Shown: positions 39,156-49,686 of the stretch, one piece after another
Position numbering within the stretch: position 1 is the first letter of the stretch
Layout of the letters: each line of letters opens with the position of its first letter
NCBI GenBank assembly: GCA_029856145.1
Contig: JAHQWK010000028.1
Span: 1-64,000, forward strand
Length of the DNA stretch: 64,000 nt
Direction: 5' to 3'
Source of the DNA: Promethearchaeia archaeon
GTDB taxonomy: Archaea; Asgardarchaeota; Lokiarchaeia; Sigyniarchaeales; SOKP01
Notes under the pieces: model-generated
Database searches by the model: none
Told to the model about the DNA's origin: nothing
Seen by the model: only the letters and a program-made list of their open reading frames with translations
Position numbers and translations under genes: made by a program

Positions 39156-40439
39156 TCAAGTCTGATTGTTTATTTCATTCATCAGGAAAACAATGCAGAT
39201 TTTTAAGGCATTCTCTAGAGTTCCTTTCCTAATTTTATCTGGTGTATCAGTATTTTGATGATAATAACTTGAACGATGTTTCCAATCAGCTGAATTTAAA
39301 AACCCCGCCTTAATATTTGCTTTTGAAAATGATGCAGCATCTGATCCACCGCTTAATCTGCCAAGTGTTTTTTCTAATTTTCCTGCACCAAACCTTTTAG
39401 CTTGAATCCCAGCTAATTCTGCTGCTTTTAGCAGTTTTTGAATTACTTCTTCTGAGTGTCTTGTCCGAGTTGTAGGCTCATATTCTATGACATGGAACCC
39501 ATCTGGAGTCTCTAAGCCATCCATATTTACGACAACTGCATCATAATTTTTCAATTCTTCTAGATGAGCAGAACAGTAACGATGCGACCCACGTAATCCA
39601 CTCTCTTCACAACCGAAACTAATTAACCTAATTTCAGTATTTTTAGGAATTAATTCTTTATGGTTTTTTATATATCTTCCTAGACCTACTATTACTGAAC
39701 AGCTACTTAAGTTGTCAACTGCCCCAGGAACAACATTTCCCTTATCTCCTAGTGGTACAAAAAAAAACAAAAATATGAAACAAGGAGTTCCGATTATTAG
39801 TAACCAAATTGTAACCCATAAAAATATCCCCTTAAGGGTTAAGAATCCTATCAAGATTAATATCAAATTAATAAATGAGAGGACTAACCATGTTAATATT
39901 ACCAATATCCCTAGAAATGCAAGCGGGATAAAACCCCAACCAATCAATTTAAGTAAATTAAATTGAAGAGCAGAATCAATATGACTTGAAAATATTATTA
40001 TTCTCTTTTGCTCCTCTTTTGTTTTAACCTTACCGATAACGTTCTGTGATGTTTTTTTACGAAATAAAGGGTCGATAAACTCATTATAATTGAAAAATTC
40101 CTCCCACATTATTAAAAAGGACAGAAAAGTTAATAAAAAAGAGATTAAACTAAAAATTATTAATAGTAGATCAGATACCCACTGCATAAATAGGTAGAAC
40201 ACCATTGAAACAAATGTCATAATTAAAATTATCTTAATCCATCCAAGAAATGCTTTTGGATGACATGTAAAGGATTCTACAACTATTTCATCGCAAGTTT
40301 GTTCAAGTTCATCTTTTATAACTTTTGACCCCTCAGCTTCTTGTGGACTACACGACATACGTGGCCCTACTTCCTCAACTATTTTTTCCACTAAATTATA
40401 CATATAATCCGCATCTTCTTTTGAAATTTCTAAATCCAT
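39156..40439 (-). CDS. M28-family metallopeptidase with inserted TM hairpins
   Basis: SSHIDS, GAVDNLSS, GCEESGLRGS, GGSDA, YYH. Confidence 0.88.
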   Translation of the reverse strand: MDLEISKEDADYMYNLVEKIVEEVGPRMSCSPQEAEGSKVIKDELEQTCDEIVVESFTCHPKAFLGWIKIILIMTFVSMVFYLFMQWVSDLLLIIFSLISFLLTFLSFLIMWEEFFNYNEFIDPLFRKKTSQNVIGKVKTKEEQKRIIIFSSHIDSALQFNLLKLIGWGFIPLAFLGILVILTWLVLSFINLILILIGFLTLKGIFLWVTIWLLIIGTPCFIFLFFFVPLGDKGNVVPGAVDNLSSCSVIVGLGRYIKNHKELIPKNTEIRLISFGCEESGLRGSHRYCSAHLEELKNYDAVVVNMDGLETPDGFHVIEYEPTTRTRHSEEVIQKLLKAAELAGIQAKRFGAGKLEKTLGRLSGGSDAASFSKANIKAGFLNSADWKHRSSYYHQNTDTPDKIRKGTLENALKICIVFLMNEINNQT

Positions 40440-40588
40440 TTTTATCGATCTCTATTCATCGCTTTTTTTTAAATGAGATTTGTTCTTAATAAATATAAAT
40501 GCATCTAAAGGACAAAAATATTAATTATAAATGCTTACCTAACAAATAATTTATTATACTTCAAAAAGACATAGGAAGTTGATTCTCT

Positions 40589-41512
40589 TTGAGTTTAGAA
40601 ATTTATCAAGTTATTCTTTTAATATTAATCGGGGCACTTGTAGGAATAAGTATTAGTTTTATTGGTCAAACAGGTCAAGGTGTTGTACTTCCGATTGTAC
40701 TTCTAATAACAGGTGATGCTTTTCTGGCAATTGCTATAAATTTATTAAATGATTTAATTACGTCTGTTTTTGTTAGCATTGGATACATAAGAAAAAGAGA
40801 GTTTAAAATAAGGAAAGATACTTTAATAATTATAATTGTAGCTTTGTCAATTTCACTTTTAGGTGTTTTTATATTATTAATTACACCGATAGGCAATATT
40901 TATGGATGGTTTATACCACTATTTATAACATTCTTGGGTTTTATTTTTCTTTATCGTGGTTTTCCTACAACAGAAAAATTGAAAAATACCGCACATAATT
41001 TATCTCAAAAATTTTTAAAAAAAAGTCGCAAAACTGAAATTTTTGATAAAAAAGAAAAAAAGGTTGATGAAGAATTTGCGATTAGAGGAGAGGATATACA
41101 AGGTTTTATACCTGGTGGATCACGCCTGTTTTATATTTTAGCACTTGTTTTTGGAATTGTTATTGGACTTAATTCTGGTTTATTTGGAGCAAATTCAGGC
41201 TTTATAATTGTGCTTGCCTTGGTTATAATTTATGGATATCCAATCAAAAAAGGTGTTGGTACAGCTTTAATCTTAAGCATTGTAATGTGTCTAGGTACAT
41301 TCATAATTTATCAAATTTTAGGAATTATGATTAAAGGTCAATTCTTTTTTGATTTAGAAATTTCTCTTTACTTAGCAATAGGATCAATTATAACAGGAAT
41401 AATAGCATCGTTATATGTACAAAGATTGTCTGCTAAAACTATGGGAAGAAGTGTGGGAATTGTTATATTTATGTTAGGTATAATATCTTTAATATTTTAT
41501 TTTATCTCGTGA
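40589..41512 (+). CDS. TauE/SafE (TSUP) family membrane transporter
   Basis: Two internally repeated GxxG-rich TM halves. Confidence 0.75.
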   Translation: MSLEIYQVILLILIGALVGISISFIGQTGQGVVLPIVLLITGDAFLAIAINLLNDLITSVFVSIGYIRKREFKIRKDTLIIIIVALSISLLGVFILLITPIGNIYGWFIPLFITFLGFIFLYRGFPTTEKLKNTAHNLSQKFLKKSRKTEIFDKKEKKVDEEFAIRGEDIQGFIPGGSRLFYILALVFGIVIGLNSGLFGANSGFIIVLALVIIYGYPIKKGVGTALILSIVMCLGTFIIYQILGIMIKGQFFFDLEISLYLAIGSIITGIIASLYVQRLSAKTMGRSVGIVIFMLGIISLIFYFIS

Positions 41513-41564
41513 ATTTAATATTTTTGTTAGGCTTTAATATATGGTAATATTATGGGGTCTCAGC

Positions 41565-41640
41565 ATGGAAAAATTATAAGTAGGGATTATAGGAACAGGG
41601 GTTATATTTAACCTTAATATTTTAGTGTACTACTTTTTCA
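41565..41640 (+). pseudogene. Remnant of Gfo/Idh/MocA-type oxidoreductase N-terminus
   Basis: MEKL*VGIIGTGVIFNLNIL: Rossmann start with in-frame TAA, then truncated. Confidence 0.55.
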
Positions 41641-41752
41641 ATAAAGTAAAAATAAAGAGTTGTAAGAATAAACTTTTTATCAATTATTTTACTAAAAGAC
41701 ATGGTTGTCATAGATATAAAGGTAAAAAGTATTCCTTTAAAAAATTGCTGCC

Positions 41753-42880
41753 ATGGATCCTTTCTCGTTATTAATAAAACCTGTTTCTGCAGATTGCAAT
41801 CTAAGATGTGATTACTGCTTTTACATTGATCACCTAGAAAAAGTAGAGAAGAAGCCTCGAATGTCAGATAAAGTCTTAGAGATCATGATAGCAAGTTATT
41901 TACAAACAAATCAAAACAATAGATTTAGCTTTGGATGGCAAGGTGGAGAACCTACATTATTAGGGTTGAAATTTTGGGAAAAAGTAATAAATCTCCAGAA
42001 ACAATACGCTCCTAAGGGAGCTGTTATTAGTAATGGCCTTCAAACAAATGGAACTCTTATTACTGGTGATTTAGCAAAATTTTTTGCTGAATATAAGTTT
42101 CTTCTTGGTGTCAGCCTTGATGGCCCTTCTTATTTACATAACTATTATAGGAAAACAATTGGTCAAAAATCGACTCATGATTTAGTTATGCGTGGTATAG
42201 AACTCCTAAGAGAGCATAGTGTAGAGTTTAATATTCTAGTTTTAGTTAATAATGAATCTGTTAAGAAAGCTAGCGAAATTTATCATTATTTGCGAGATGG
42301 GGGCTTTAATTATCATCAATATATCCCATGTGTAGAATTTGATAAATATAATAATCCGGAGTCTTTTTCAATAAAGGGAGAAGAATGGGGAGATTTTCTC
42401 TGTGATTTATTTGATCAATGGATAAAAGAAGATATCAATCAAATATCTATACGACTTTTTGATTCAATCTTGGAATATTTAGTCTATGGAAGATATAATG
42501 TATGCTATATGGGAATAAATTGTTGCCAATATTTAGTTGTTGAATATGATGGAAGTATTTATCCATGTGATTTCTTTGTTCGAGAAGATCTATTATTAGG
42601 AAATATACTTGAAGATAAATGGGAAGATATCCTAAATTCACCAATTTATCATAAATTTGGTCAAAATAAATCTAATTGGCATGATAATTGCAGAAGCTGT
42701 TCATTCATTAATTTATGCCATGGAGACTGCCAGAAATATCGCACTAGAATTCCTCAAAACTCACAAATTTCGAGTGTTTTGTGTAAGGGTTGGAAAAATT
42801 TTTTTACACATGCTTTACCTCGGTTAAAAATAATTGGAGATAAAATAAGAAACGGAAATAAAATAGCTTCCTCAACCTAA
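41753..42880 (+). CDS. Anaerobic sulfatase maturase-like radical SAM/SPASM protein; SEC-C motif stranded after the stop
   Basis: CNLRCDYC, WQGGEPTL, YPCDFFV, C..C.....C.G.C. Confidence 0.93.
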   Translation: MDPFSLLIKPVSADCNLRCDYCFYIDHLEKVEKKPRMSDKVLEIMIASYLQTNQNNRFSFGWQGGEPTLLGLKFWEKVINLQKQYAPKGAVISNGLQTNGTLITGDLAKFFAEYKFLLGVSLDGPSYLHNYYRKTIGQKSTHDLVMRGIELLREHSVEFNILVLVNNESVKKASEIYHYLRDGGFNYHQYIPCVEFDKYNNPESFSIKGEEWGDFLCDLFDQWIKEDINQISIRLFDSILEYLVYGRYNVCYMGINCCQYLVVEYDGSIYPCDFFVREDLLLGNILEDKWEDILNSPIYHKFGQNKSNWHDNCRSCSFINLCHGDCQKYRTRIPQNSQISSVLCKGWKNFFTHALPRLKIIGDKIRNGNKIASST

Positions 42881-43136
42881 ATAAAATCAAAAAAGATTGG
42901 ACCTAATTCTTTATGCCCTTGTGGGAGTGGAAAGAAGTATAAAAATTGTTGTATGAAATAACCAAGTGCTATTTATATTGTCTTTTTCAAAAGTAATGTT
43001 AATAGAAGCTCTATAGTAGATTCCCGCTAATATAAGAATTTTCATATTCTTATTTGTAATAAAACCTTACGTGTTAATAAAGTCTTTAAAGCAAGAATAC
43101 TTTTTTGCTTTATTAAGTAAATGAATTGATACTAAA

Positions 43137-43886
43137 ATGAGTAACATTTTCACTGACCTTGGAATTGTTGGTATTACGTACTTCTATGTAATTTTAACAA
43201 TTTTTATCCCACTGATATTATATAAAAAAGAAAAAATCTCTAAGTTTTCTGCAAGAAAGATAGTTCATATGTTTGCTGGTTTAGCAATTCTGAGTTCACC
43301 ATTTTATTTTTGGCCATTTTGGGCTACTATTATTGCGGGCACTTTAACTCTGTTTGTATATTTTAGCTCGAAAGAATCAAAAGTGAAGCAGCTAAAAGAT
43401 TTATATGATGCAATCTCTGAAGAACAAGAGGAAGGTTTAAAGAGAGCTTTCCTTCAAGGTCCATTTTTTTATTGCATTTCAATTACCTCTTTAGTTCTTA
43501 TTTTTGGAATATTTGCTCCAGACCAATTTTATTTTCCAATCGCAGGAGTGTTAATAATGATAGTTGCTGATACATTAGCTTCAGTAATAGGAAAACGCTG
43601 GGGAAAAATAAGCCTTAGCTTATCATGGACAAATTCAAAGAGGACCCTTGAAGGTTCTTTAACTTTCTTTTTTACTGCATATTTATTATGCTTTCTCTCG
43701 TTTTTTCTATTTGGTTTATTAATTCCCACTTTTCAAGAACCATTATCCGTTCCTACTATTTTAATATATTCTTTAATTACCAGCGCAATTGCAACAGTAA
43801 TCGAACTAATTTCTCCAAGTACTTACGATGATTTAACAGTTCCTTTGGGTAGTACGTTAATTATATACCTTTTAACTTTACTTTAA
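43137..43886 (+). CDS. Phytol/dolichol kinase-like (CTP-dependent) membrane protein
   Basis: RKIVHM, GP..Y, ADTLAS.IG.RWG, RTLEGS, DDLTVP. Confidence 0.85.
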   Translation: MSNIFTDLGIVGITYFYVILTIFIPLILYKKEKISKFSARKIVHMFAGLAILSSPFYFWPFWATIIAGTLTLFVYFSSKESKVKQLKDLYDAISEEQEEGLKRAFLQGPFFYCISITSLVLIFGIFAPDQFYFPIAGVLIMIVADTLASVIGKRWGKISLSLSWTNSKRTLEGSLTFFFTAYLLCFLSFFLFGLLIPTFQEPLSVPTILIYSLITSAIATVIELISPSTYDDLTVPLGSTLIIYLLTLL

Positions 43887-43929
43887 CAGGAAAACCTTTG
43901 TAATTTTATTTCAATTAATTATCAAAATT

Positions 43930-45339
43930 ATGAGATCACTTATCATGGAAAATATACAAAAATCCTTTGATGTAATAGTAGTTGGGGCTGGTACTGGTGG
44001 TACTACAGCTGCTAGATTTGTTGCTAAGAAGGGTTTAGATGTATGTTTAATTGATAGAAAACAAAAGGCAAAGATTGGAGATAAAATATGTGGTGATGCA
44101 GTAGGAAATGAAATCTTTGAGATTTTAAAGATAAACCATCCAAAAAATGAAGAATTATCTTGTCATATAAAAGGAGCGAAATTATATTCACCAAATCTTA
44201 AGAAATGTATCACTTTATTAGATCCAAAACAAACAGGGTATGTAGTAAATAGAATAGAATTTGGACAAAGATTGTTGAATGAAGCTCTCGATGCCGGTGT
44301 AAAACAATTCTTAGATAAAACCATGGCTTTAGATTTATTATACAAAAATGGAACGGTTAATGGACTTCAAGTTAAATTAAAAAATGGAGAAAAAGTAAAT
44401 CTTAATGCTAAAATCGTAATTGATGCTAGTGGTTTTTATTCTCCTTTAAGAAAAAAAGTAAAAAGTTCTTTGATTGAAAAACAAGTTCTAAAGGAAGATA
44501 GCATATTATGTTATCGTGAAATCGTAAAATTTTCACCTAAAGATCAAGAAGTTAAAGATCCTGAATATATTACAATAATTCTCGATCAAGAAAAAGCTCC
44601 AGGAGGATATATTTGGTATTTCCCAAAAAATGAGTCGACTATTAATATAGGAATTGGAACATTTATGGAATATCGAGGTAAAGTAAAAGATCTCTATAAA
44701 AAAAATGTATTTCAAGAATATGTTAAAACTCGCAATGTCGACATTCTTTCGTCAGGTGGCGGTGTTGTTCCTGTTAGAAGACCATTATGGTCATGTGCTG
44801 ACAACGGATTTATGCTTGTCGGTGATGCAGCATGCCAAGTTAATCCTCTTCATGGTGGCGGGATAGATCCCTCTATGAGAGCTGGATATCATGCAGCAAA
44901 TTCAGCAATTCACGCTATAGAAATTGGTAACAATTCAATAAATGAATTGTGGGATTATAATTATAAAGTAATGACAAGTTTTGGAGCAGAATTTGCCTCA
45001 TTAGATTTATTAAGAATTGTACTTCAAACCCTTTCAAATGATGATTTGAATTTTGGTTTAGAACGTGATTTATTAAGTGGCGAAGATGTCTTAGAAATTT
45101 CTTCAACCGGTAGTTTAAATTTATCTTTAGTTGATATGGCAGTCAAAGCTTTTAAAGGGATTTCTCGTCCAAATTTGTTATTAGATCTAAATTTTCTTAG
45201 AATAAAAATGAAAGAGATCTCTAAATTTTATAAAAACTTTCCCCATAAATTGACACAATTTCCGGAATGGAAGGAAAAAATTATTGAAATTTATGATAAA
45301 ATTAATAAAATGATTGTAAATAAGAAAAAAAGCAAATAA
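43930..45339 (+). CDS. Digeranylgeranylglycerophospholipid reductase (GGR)
   Basis: GAGTGG, KICGDA, PGGYIWYFP, VGDAA..VNPLHGGG. Confidence 0.92.
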   Translation: MRSLIMENIQKSFDVIVVGAGTGGTTAARFVAKKGLDVCLIDRKQKAKIGDKICGDAVGNEIFEILKINHPKNEELSCHIKGAKLYSPNLKKCITLLDPKQTGYVVNRIEFGQRLLNEALDAGVKQFLDKTMALDLLYKNGTVNGLQVKLKNGEKVNLNAKIVIDASGFYSPLRKKVKSSLIEKQVLKEDSILCYREIVKFSPKDQEVKDPEYITIILDQEKAPGGYIWYFPKNESTINIGIGTFMEYRGKVKDLYKKNVFQEYVKTRNVDILSSGGGVVPVRRPLWSCADNGFMLVGDAACQVNPLHGGGIDPSMRAGYHAANSAIHAIEIGNNSINELWDYNYKVMTSFGAEFASLDLLRIVLQTLSNDDLNFGLERDLLSGEDVLEISSTGSLNLSLVDMAVKAFKGISRPNLLLDLNFLRIKMKEISKFYKNFPHKLTQFPEWKEKIIEIYDKINKMIVNKKKSK

Positions 45340-45358
45340 GCATGAAGATGTGAAATAA

Positions 45359-46177
45359 ATGGTTGATATCATAATTGATGAATATATTGAAAGAAGTATA
45401 TATGAATACATAATTAAAAAAATCAACAATGAAGGAGCCCTGCATTTTTCTTTAATAGACCCAGATCCATTAAGACAAAGTCCAAGTAAAGCAGCAAAAA
45501 TGGCAAAATATGCTGAAGATGCTGGAACTGATGGGATCTTAATTGGGGGTAGCACTGTTTTTGATCAAAGTTTTGTAGATAAAACTATTCAAGCAATAAA
45601 AAGCAAAGTAGAAGTACCGATAATTATTTTTCCTGGAGGTATTAGTAATATATCTCAATATGCTGATGCCATTTTTTTCATGTCATTATTGAACTCCTCT
45701 GATCCTTATTTTATTATTGGTCAACAAGCCCTTGCTTCCTATACAATTAAATCCTATAATTTAGAATATATTTCAATGGCATACTTAATAATAGAACCTG
45801 GAGCGACTGCAGGCTGGATTGGAAATGCAAACTTATTACCAAGAAAAAAACCTAAATTAACAGCTGCGTATGCTTTGGCAGCTGAAATGATGGGTTTTAA
45901 AATCCTGTATTTAGAAGCAGGGTCTGGTAGCGAAAAAATTCCAATCGAACACGTTAAAACATGTTCATCAGTTTTAAATATTCCAATAATCACTGGAGGT
46001 GGAGTTGAGAATAAAGATGATGCGAGAGCATTTATTGAAGCAGGAGCCGACATTGTCGTTATGGGTACTTTCATAGAAAATAATGCCTTAAAAGATAATG
46101 GAAACTCATTAAAAGTTATAATTGATGAGATTAAAAAAACTGGTAAAACCCAGAAAAAAAATCATTCAATAAAATAA
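45359..46177 (+). CDS. Geranylgeranylglyceryl phosphate synthase
   Basis: LIDPD, IGGS, FMSLLNS, YLEAGSG, GGG. Confidence 0.95.
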   Translation: MVDIIIDEYIERSIYEYIIKKINNEGALHFSLIDPDPLRQSPSKAAKMAKYAEDAGTDGILIGGSTVFDQSFVDKTIQAIKSKVEVPIIIFPGGISNISQYADAIFFMSLLNSSDPYFIIGQQALASYTIKSYNLEYISMAYLIIEPGATAGWIGNANLLPRKKPKLTAAYALAAEMMGFKILYLEAGSGSEKIPIEHVKTCSSVLNIPIITGGGVENKDDARAFIEAGADIVVMGTFIENNALKDNGNSLKVIIDEIKKTGKTQKKNHSIK

Positions 46178-46190
46178 ACTTGGAATTATC

Positions 46191-47060
46191 ATGAAATTTA
46201 AAGACGCTATCGAAATTCTTCGTCCGATTAATGATATTATGGGAAGCTTAACTGTTATTATAGGTATTTTAAATACTAGAAGTAATGATCCAATTATCCT
46301 AACTTGGAATATAATTTTAGGTGTTATTACATACTTCTTTTTAGCAGGTTCAGGAATGGTTATAAACGATTACTATGATATAGAAATCGACAAAATAAAT
46401 CGTCCTGAAAGACCGATACCTAGAGGTGCAATAACATTAAAACAAGCAAAGATTTTATGGATCGCAACATCTCTAATCGGGATTACTATCGCAATACTTC
46501 ATAGCTTCTTATTTAATATTGGATACCTGAACGTTATTATAGCTGTTCTTTTTGCTTTTATGGGATGGTTATATGCAGCTTGGGGTAAAAAAAGTGGATT
46601 TATTGGAAATATAATTGTTAGTATATCCTTTTCGATTGGACTTATTTACGGAGCTGTTTTAAACAATTCGAATGTACCTCCGTACATATATTTCTTCTTT
46701 TTAACGTCATTTTTCCTTTTACTTTCTCGAGAAGTTATTAAAGGTTGTGAAGATATTGAAGGAGATAAAAATCAAGGTGTAAAAACATTAGCAATTCAGA
46801 TTGGGGTTAAAAAATCAACAATTTTTTCTCTGATATTTGCATTATTAGCAATAGTTTTCTTTATACTACCATGTTTCACTAATATTTTAAATCGCTTGTT
46901 GTTTTTGATTTCTATGGCTTTTGGTTTGGCTATAGTTTTATATGCTATCGTATTAATGTTAAAACGCAATTTAGAGAGAAAAGATTTTAAAAAAATTAGT
47001 CTAATATTAAAAATTGCTATGTTTCTCGGGTTAGTTGCTTTTATCTTTGCAAGCTTTTAA
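46191..47060 (+). CDS. Digeranylgeranylglyceryl phosphate synthase (UbiA family)
   Basis: NDYYDIEIDKINRPERPIPRG, REVIKGCEDIEGD; adjacent to GGGPS. Confidence 0.92.
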   Translation: MKFKDAIEILRPINDIMGSLTVIIGILNTRSNDPIILTWNIILGVITYFFLAGSGMVINDYYDIEIDKINRPERPIPRGAITLKQAKILWIATSLIGITIAILHSFLFNIGYLNVIIAVLFAFMGWLYAAWGKKSGFIGNIIVSISFSIGLIYGAVLNNSNVPPYIYFFFLTSFFLLLSREVIKGCEDIEGDKNQGVKTLAIQIGVKKSTIFSLIFALLAIVFFILPCFTNILNRLLFLISMAFGLAIVLYAIVLMLKRNLERKDFKKISLILKIAMFLGLVAFIFASF

Positions 47061-48485
47061 CAATTCTAAAAGATCGTCGAAATCTTTCTTGTAGATTAAA
47101 TCATTTAATTTACCTTTGAATTCCTCATTGATTTTATTATAAGGGAAAGTTTGAATTAATTTTCTAACTTGAGTTAAACCTAGATATTTTCTTGTATACT
47201 CTGCTTCAGAATATTTATAGGTTGTGAGGAATTCACTATCCAATTTCTCCCTAAACACTTCTAATATAAAATTGAAATAATTTTTTAGTAATATCTGTTC
47301 ATTTGTTGTAATGATTGGCTCCAAAAATATTTGAATTGGATGAGTTCGATATGTATTCCCTGAAACGTAAATTCCATCAACTTTAAAATTTTCAGCGATT
47401 ATTCCTAATCCAACTCTTCCATCAAAAGACCCAGTATCAACTGTTCGAATATATAAAATGTTTGACTGGACCTTATCTTTTAAATTATCATTAATGTGTA
47501 GAATTAGACTCTTGTATTCATTATTCTGATAGTTATTAGCATCAATCACTAGAATCTCATTGTACCCTTTATTTTTCAATACATCTTCCCTTAATAAGTA
47601 ATAATTTACAATTAAGGGTTTTTGGGTTGGGTATTCAATAAGAAATTCCTCAAATTCAGAACCTGCACGATATTTAAATTCTGGTTTAAGAATGTATCTT
47701 TTTTCAATTAAATTATCTTGCTTTTTTATTTTAATTCCCTTAAATTCTATATTTTCAGACTTTGGAACTTTTTTTCTTTTAAAGATACTAATACAGATGT
47801 TTGTTCCTGTATATTCAAATATTTTTATTTCCAATATTATCATTTTAGTAATTTTATAGTATTTAAGGAAATCAGTGCGGAATTTATTGGAAACAGACGC
47901 ACCAAATAAGAAATTTGATGGAATAATATAAATTAAATTTTTAATCTCATTTCTCATATCATTTATCATGGCAATTTGGTATAAATCTTGATAACCTTCA
48001 TTTTTACCTTTAAAAAATTCTAAGTATTTTTGAGTTTCTTTGTGCTTTCTAATATAGCCTAAATATAAATATGGTGGATTTGTTATGTGAAATAAAGGAA
48101 ACGGTGCATTATTCAAAAATTTAGGGAAACTCTCTAAATTATCTCGTAATTTAATATTCTTTTCGGCAATTTTTGAAGGGATACCATAATTTTTAGCATT
48201 AAAGATGCATTTATGAACCATTTCTGGTTGAATGTCAAATAAAAAAATATGTTCCTTAAAAAATTGAATTCTTTTTTCAACTGAAATTAAATTTAAAATA
48301 GGTAAAATTAAATTTCCCTCTCCAGCATATAAATCAATCCATGTATATTCCCATAATTTCTCTTTTATTTCAGGAAATATATATTTTAAAAAAATGTCTC
48401 TTGAAGTTAAATGAACCCCTAAAGTTCTTCGATGTTTATTATTTTTAAAGTCTTGTAACTTATTTCCCATATGAATTTGACTCAC
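47031..48485 (-). CDS. N6-adenine DNA methyltransferase, orphan
   Basis: GVHLT, IDLYAGEGNL, ITNPPY, IIPSNFL. Confidence 0.85.
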   Translation of the reverse strand: MSQIHMGNKLQDFKNNKHRRTLGVHLTSRDIFLKYIFPEIKEKLWEYTWIDLYAGEGNLILPILNLISVEKRIQFFKEHIFLFDIQPEMVHKCIFNAKNYGIPSKIAEKNIKLRDNLESFPKFLNNAPFPLFHITNPPYLYLGYIRKHKETQKYLEFFKGKNEGYQDLYQIAMINDMRNEIKNLIYIIPSNFLFGASVSNKFRTDFLKYYKITKMIILEIKIFEYTGTNICISIFKRKKVPKSENIEFKGIKIKKQDNLIEKRYILKPEFKYRAGSEFEEFLIEYPTQKPLIVNYYLLREDVLKNKGYNEILVIDANNYQNNEYKSLILHINDNLKDKVQSNILYIRTVDTGSFDGRVGLGIIAENFKVDGIYVSGNTYRTHPIQIFLEPIITTNEQILLKNYFNFILEVFREKLDSEFLTTYKYSEAEYTRKYLGLTQVRKLIQTFPYNKINEEFKGKLNDLIYKKDFDDLLELLKACKDKSN

Positions 48486-48636
48486 TAGAACTTACAGATA
48501 ATTTTATTAATAACTTAGTCTCAATATAAGTTTATGATTAATTGGATTATAATTTTATTTCTGTTAATCTGTTCTAATACCTACTTTTAAAAAAAAATTA
48601 AATAAAAAAGTAAAAAAAAAAAATTGAATTTAATCC

Positions 48637-49686
48637 CTAAATTTTGTACTTTTCAGCCTTATAGATTTTATAGAAGTCTTCAATCGTACTAAGTGCTACT
48701 AAAGCTATTATCAAGCCTGCAATTCCTCTAAAAATCCCATAAAATTCTGGTGCAATTCCTATATTTATAAGAGCATCCCCAGGTTCGTTAACGACTAATA
48801 TTGGAAATATATCCGGTCGATTCATCATCAAGATTACTACTGAAATTGAAGCGAGTTTTATACCTATCGTTATACCATGTATTATTTGATGAGCAAACAT
48901 TTGTCTATTTCCTATTAGTCCTCGACTTAAATCTAAGATCCCTTCAATTAAAATGAATAACCCAGCGAATTGTAAATATAAAAGAAATTCTGGGTCAATT
49001 AAACTTGTTATGGCAGGAATTGGCTGTGCTATAAAGAAAACCCCAACCGCAAGTGCGATTGCTCCACCAATAATTTCTCCTATAGGTTTTATAAATGGTT
49101 TTGTTGGTTTTTTCTTTATCTCTGAAATTGGAATTCCTTCTTCACGAGCGATTTCAAGTTGTTCTTTATACTTTTCACGTTCTTTTTTCGATTTAAAATC
49201 CTCAGGAAAATATCCTTCCATTGATAGTGCAACGAATATTATGGTTATTATAGCAAAAGATGAAAGACATCCAATTTGTATTCCTTGAATTATGCCACCG
49301 ATTAATTCACCAAAATCAACATTACCAAATATAAAATTTACTACTTGGGTTATGATAGAAATCCCAATTATAACAGAAAATACAATAACTAAAACCTTAA
49401 TAAAAACAGGCCACATCTCCTGGGTAATATAGAATTTTGGCGTTCCTCGACGTTTGTATTCCTTTGCAATACTCTCTGGTTTTCCCATATGAGTAATTGC
49501 CATCCGAATAGAATTTATTGAGGGTTGGCCAGTTTCAGACAATTCTTCTGCTTTGCTCCAAATGTGTTCTTCAAGCTCAGCCAAGATTTCCTTATGCTCT
49601 TTTTTATCTTTTAGCCATTCAGGTAATTTTGATTTGACTTCCTTCAAATATTCTTTTACTATATTTTTCATTTCTTTTTCACTCAT
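48637..49686 (-). CDS. HAAS-domain membrane protein (PadR-associated)
   Basis: EYLKEVKSKLP...ELEEHI...MGKPESIAKEY followed by TM helices. Confidence 0.8.
   Translation of the reverse strand: MSEKEMKNIVKEYLKEVKSKLPEWLKDKKEHKEILAELEEHIWSKAEELSETGQPSINSIRMAITHMGKPESIAKEYKRRGTPKFYITQEMWPVFIKVLVIVFSVIIGISIITQVVNFIFGNVDFGELIGGIIQGIQIGCLSSFAIITIIFVALSMEGYFPEDFKSKKEREKYKEQLEIAREEGIPISEIKKKPTKPFIKPIGEIIGGAIALAVGVFFIAQPIPAITSLIDPEFLLYLQFAGLFILIEGILDLSRGLIGNRQMFAHQIIHGITIGIKLASISVVILMMNRPDIFPILVVNEPGDALINIGIAPEFYGIFRGIAGLIIALVALSTIEDFYKIYKAEKYKI

Noticed and set aside
42878-42880. Stop-codon recoding (Sec/Pyl) or intron removal of the maturase stop
   Set aside because: The codon is TAA and no BHB fold is present
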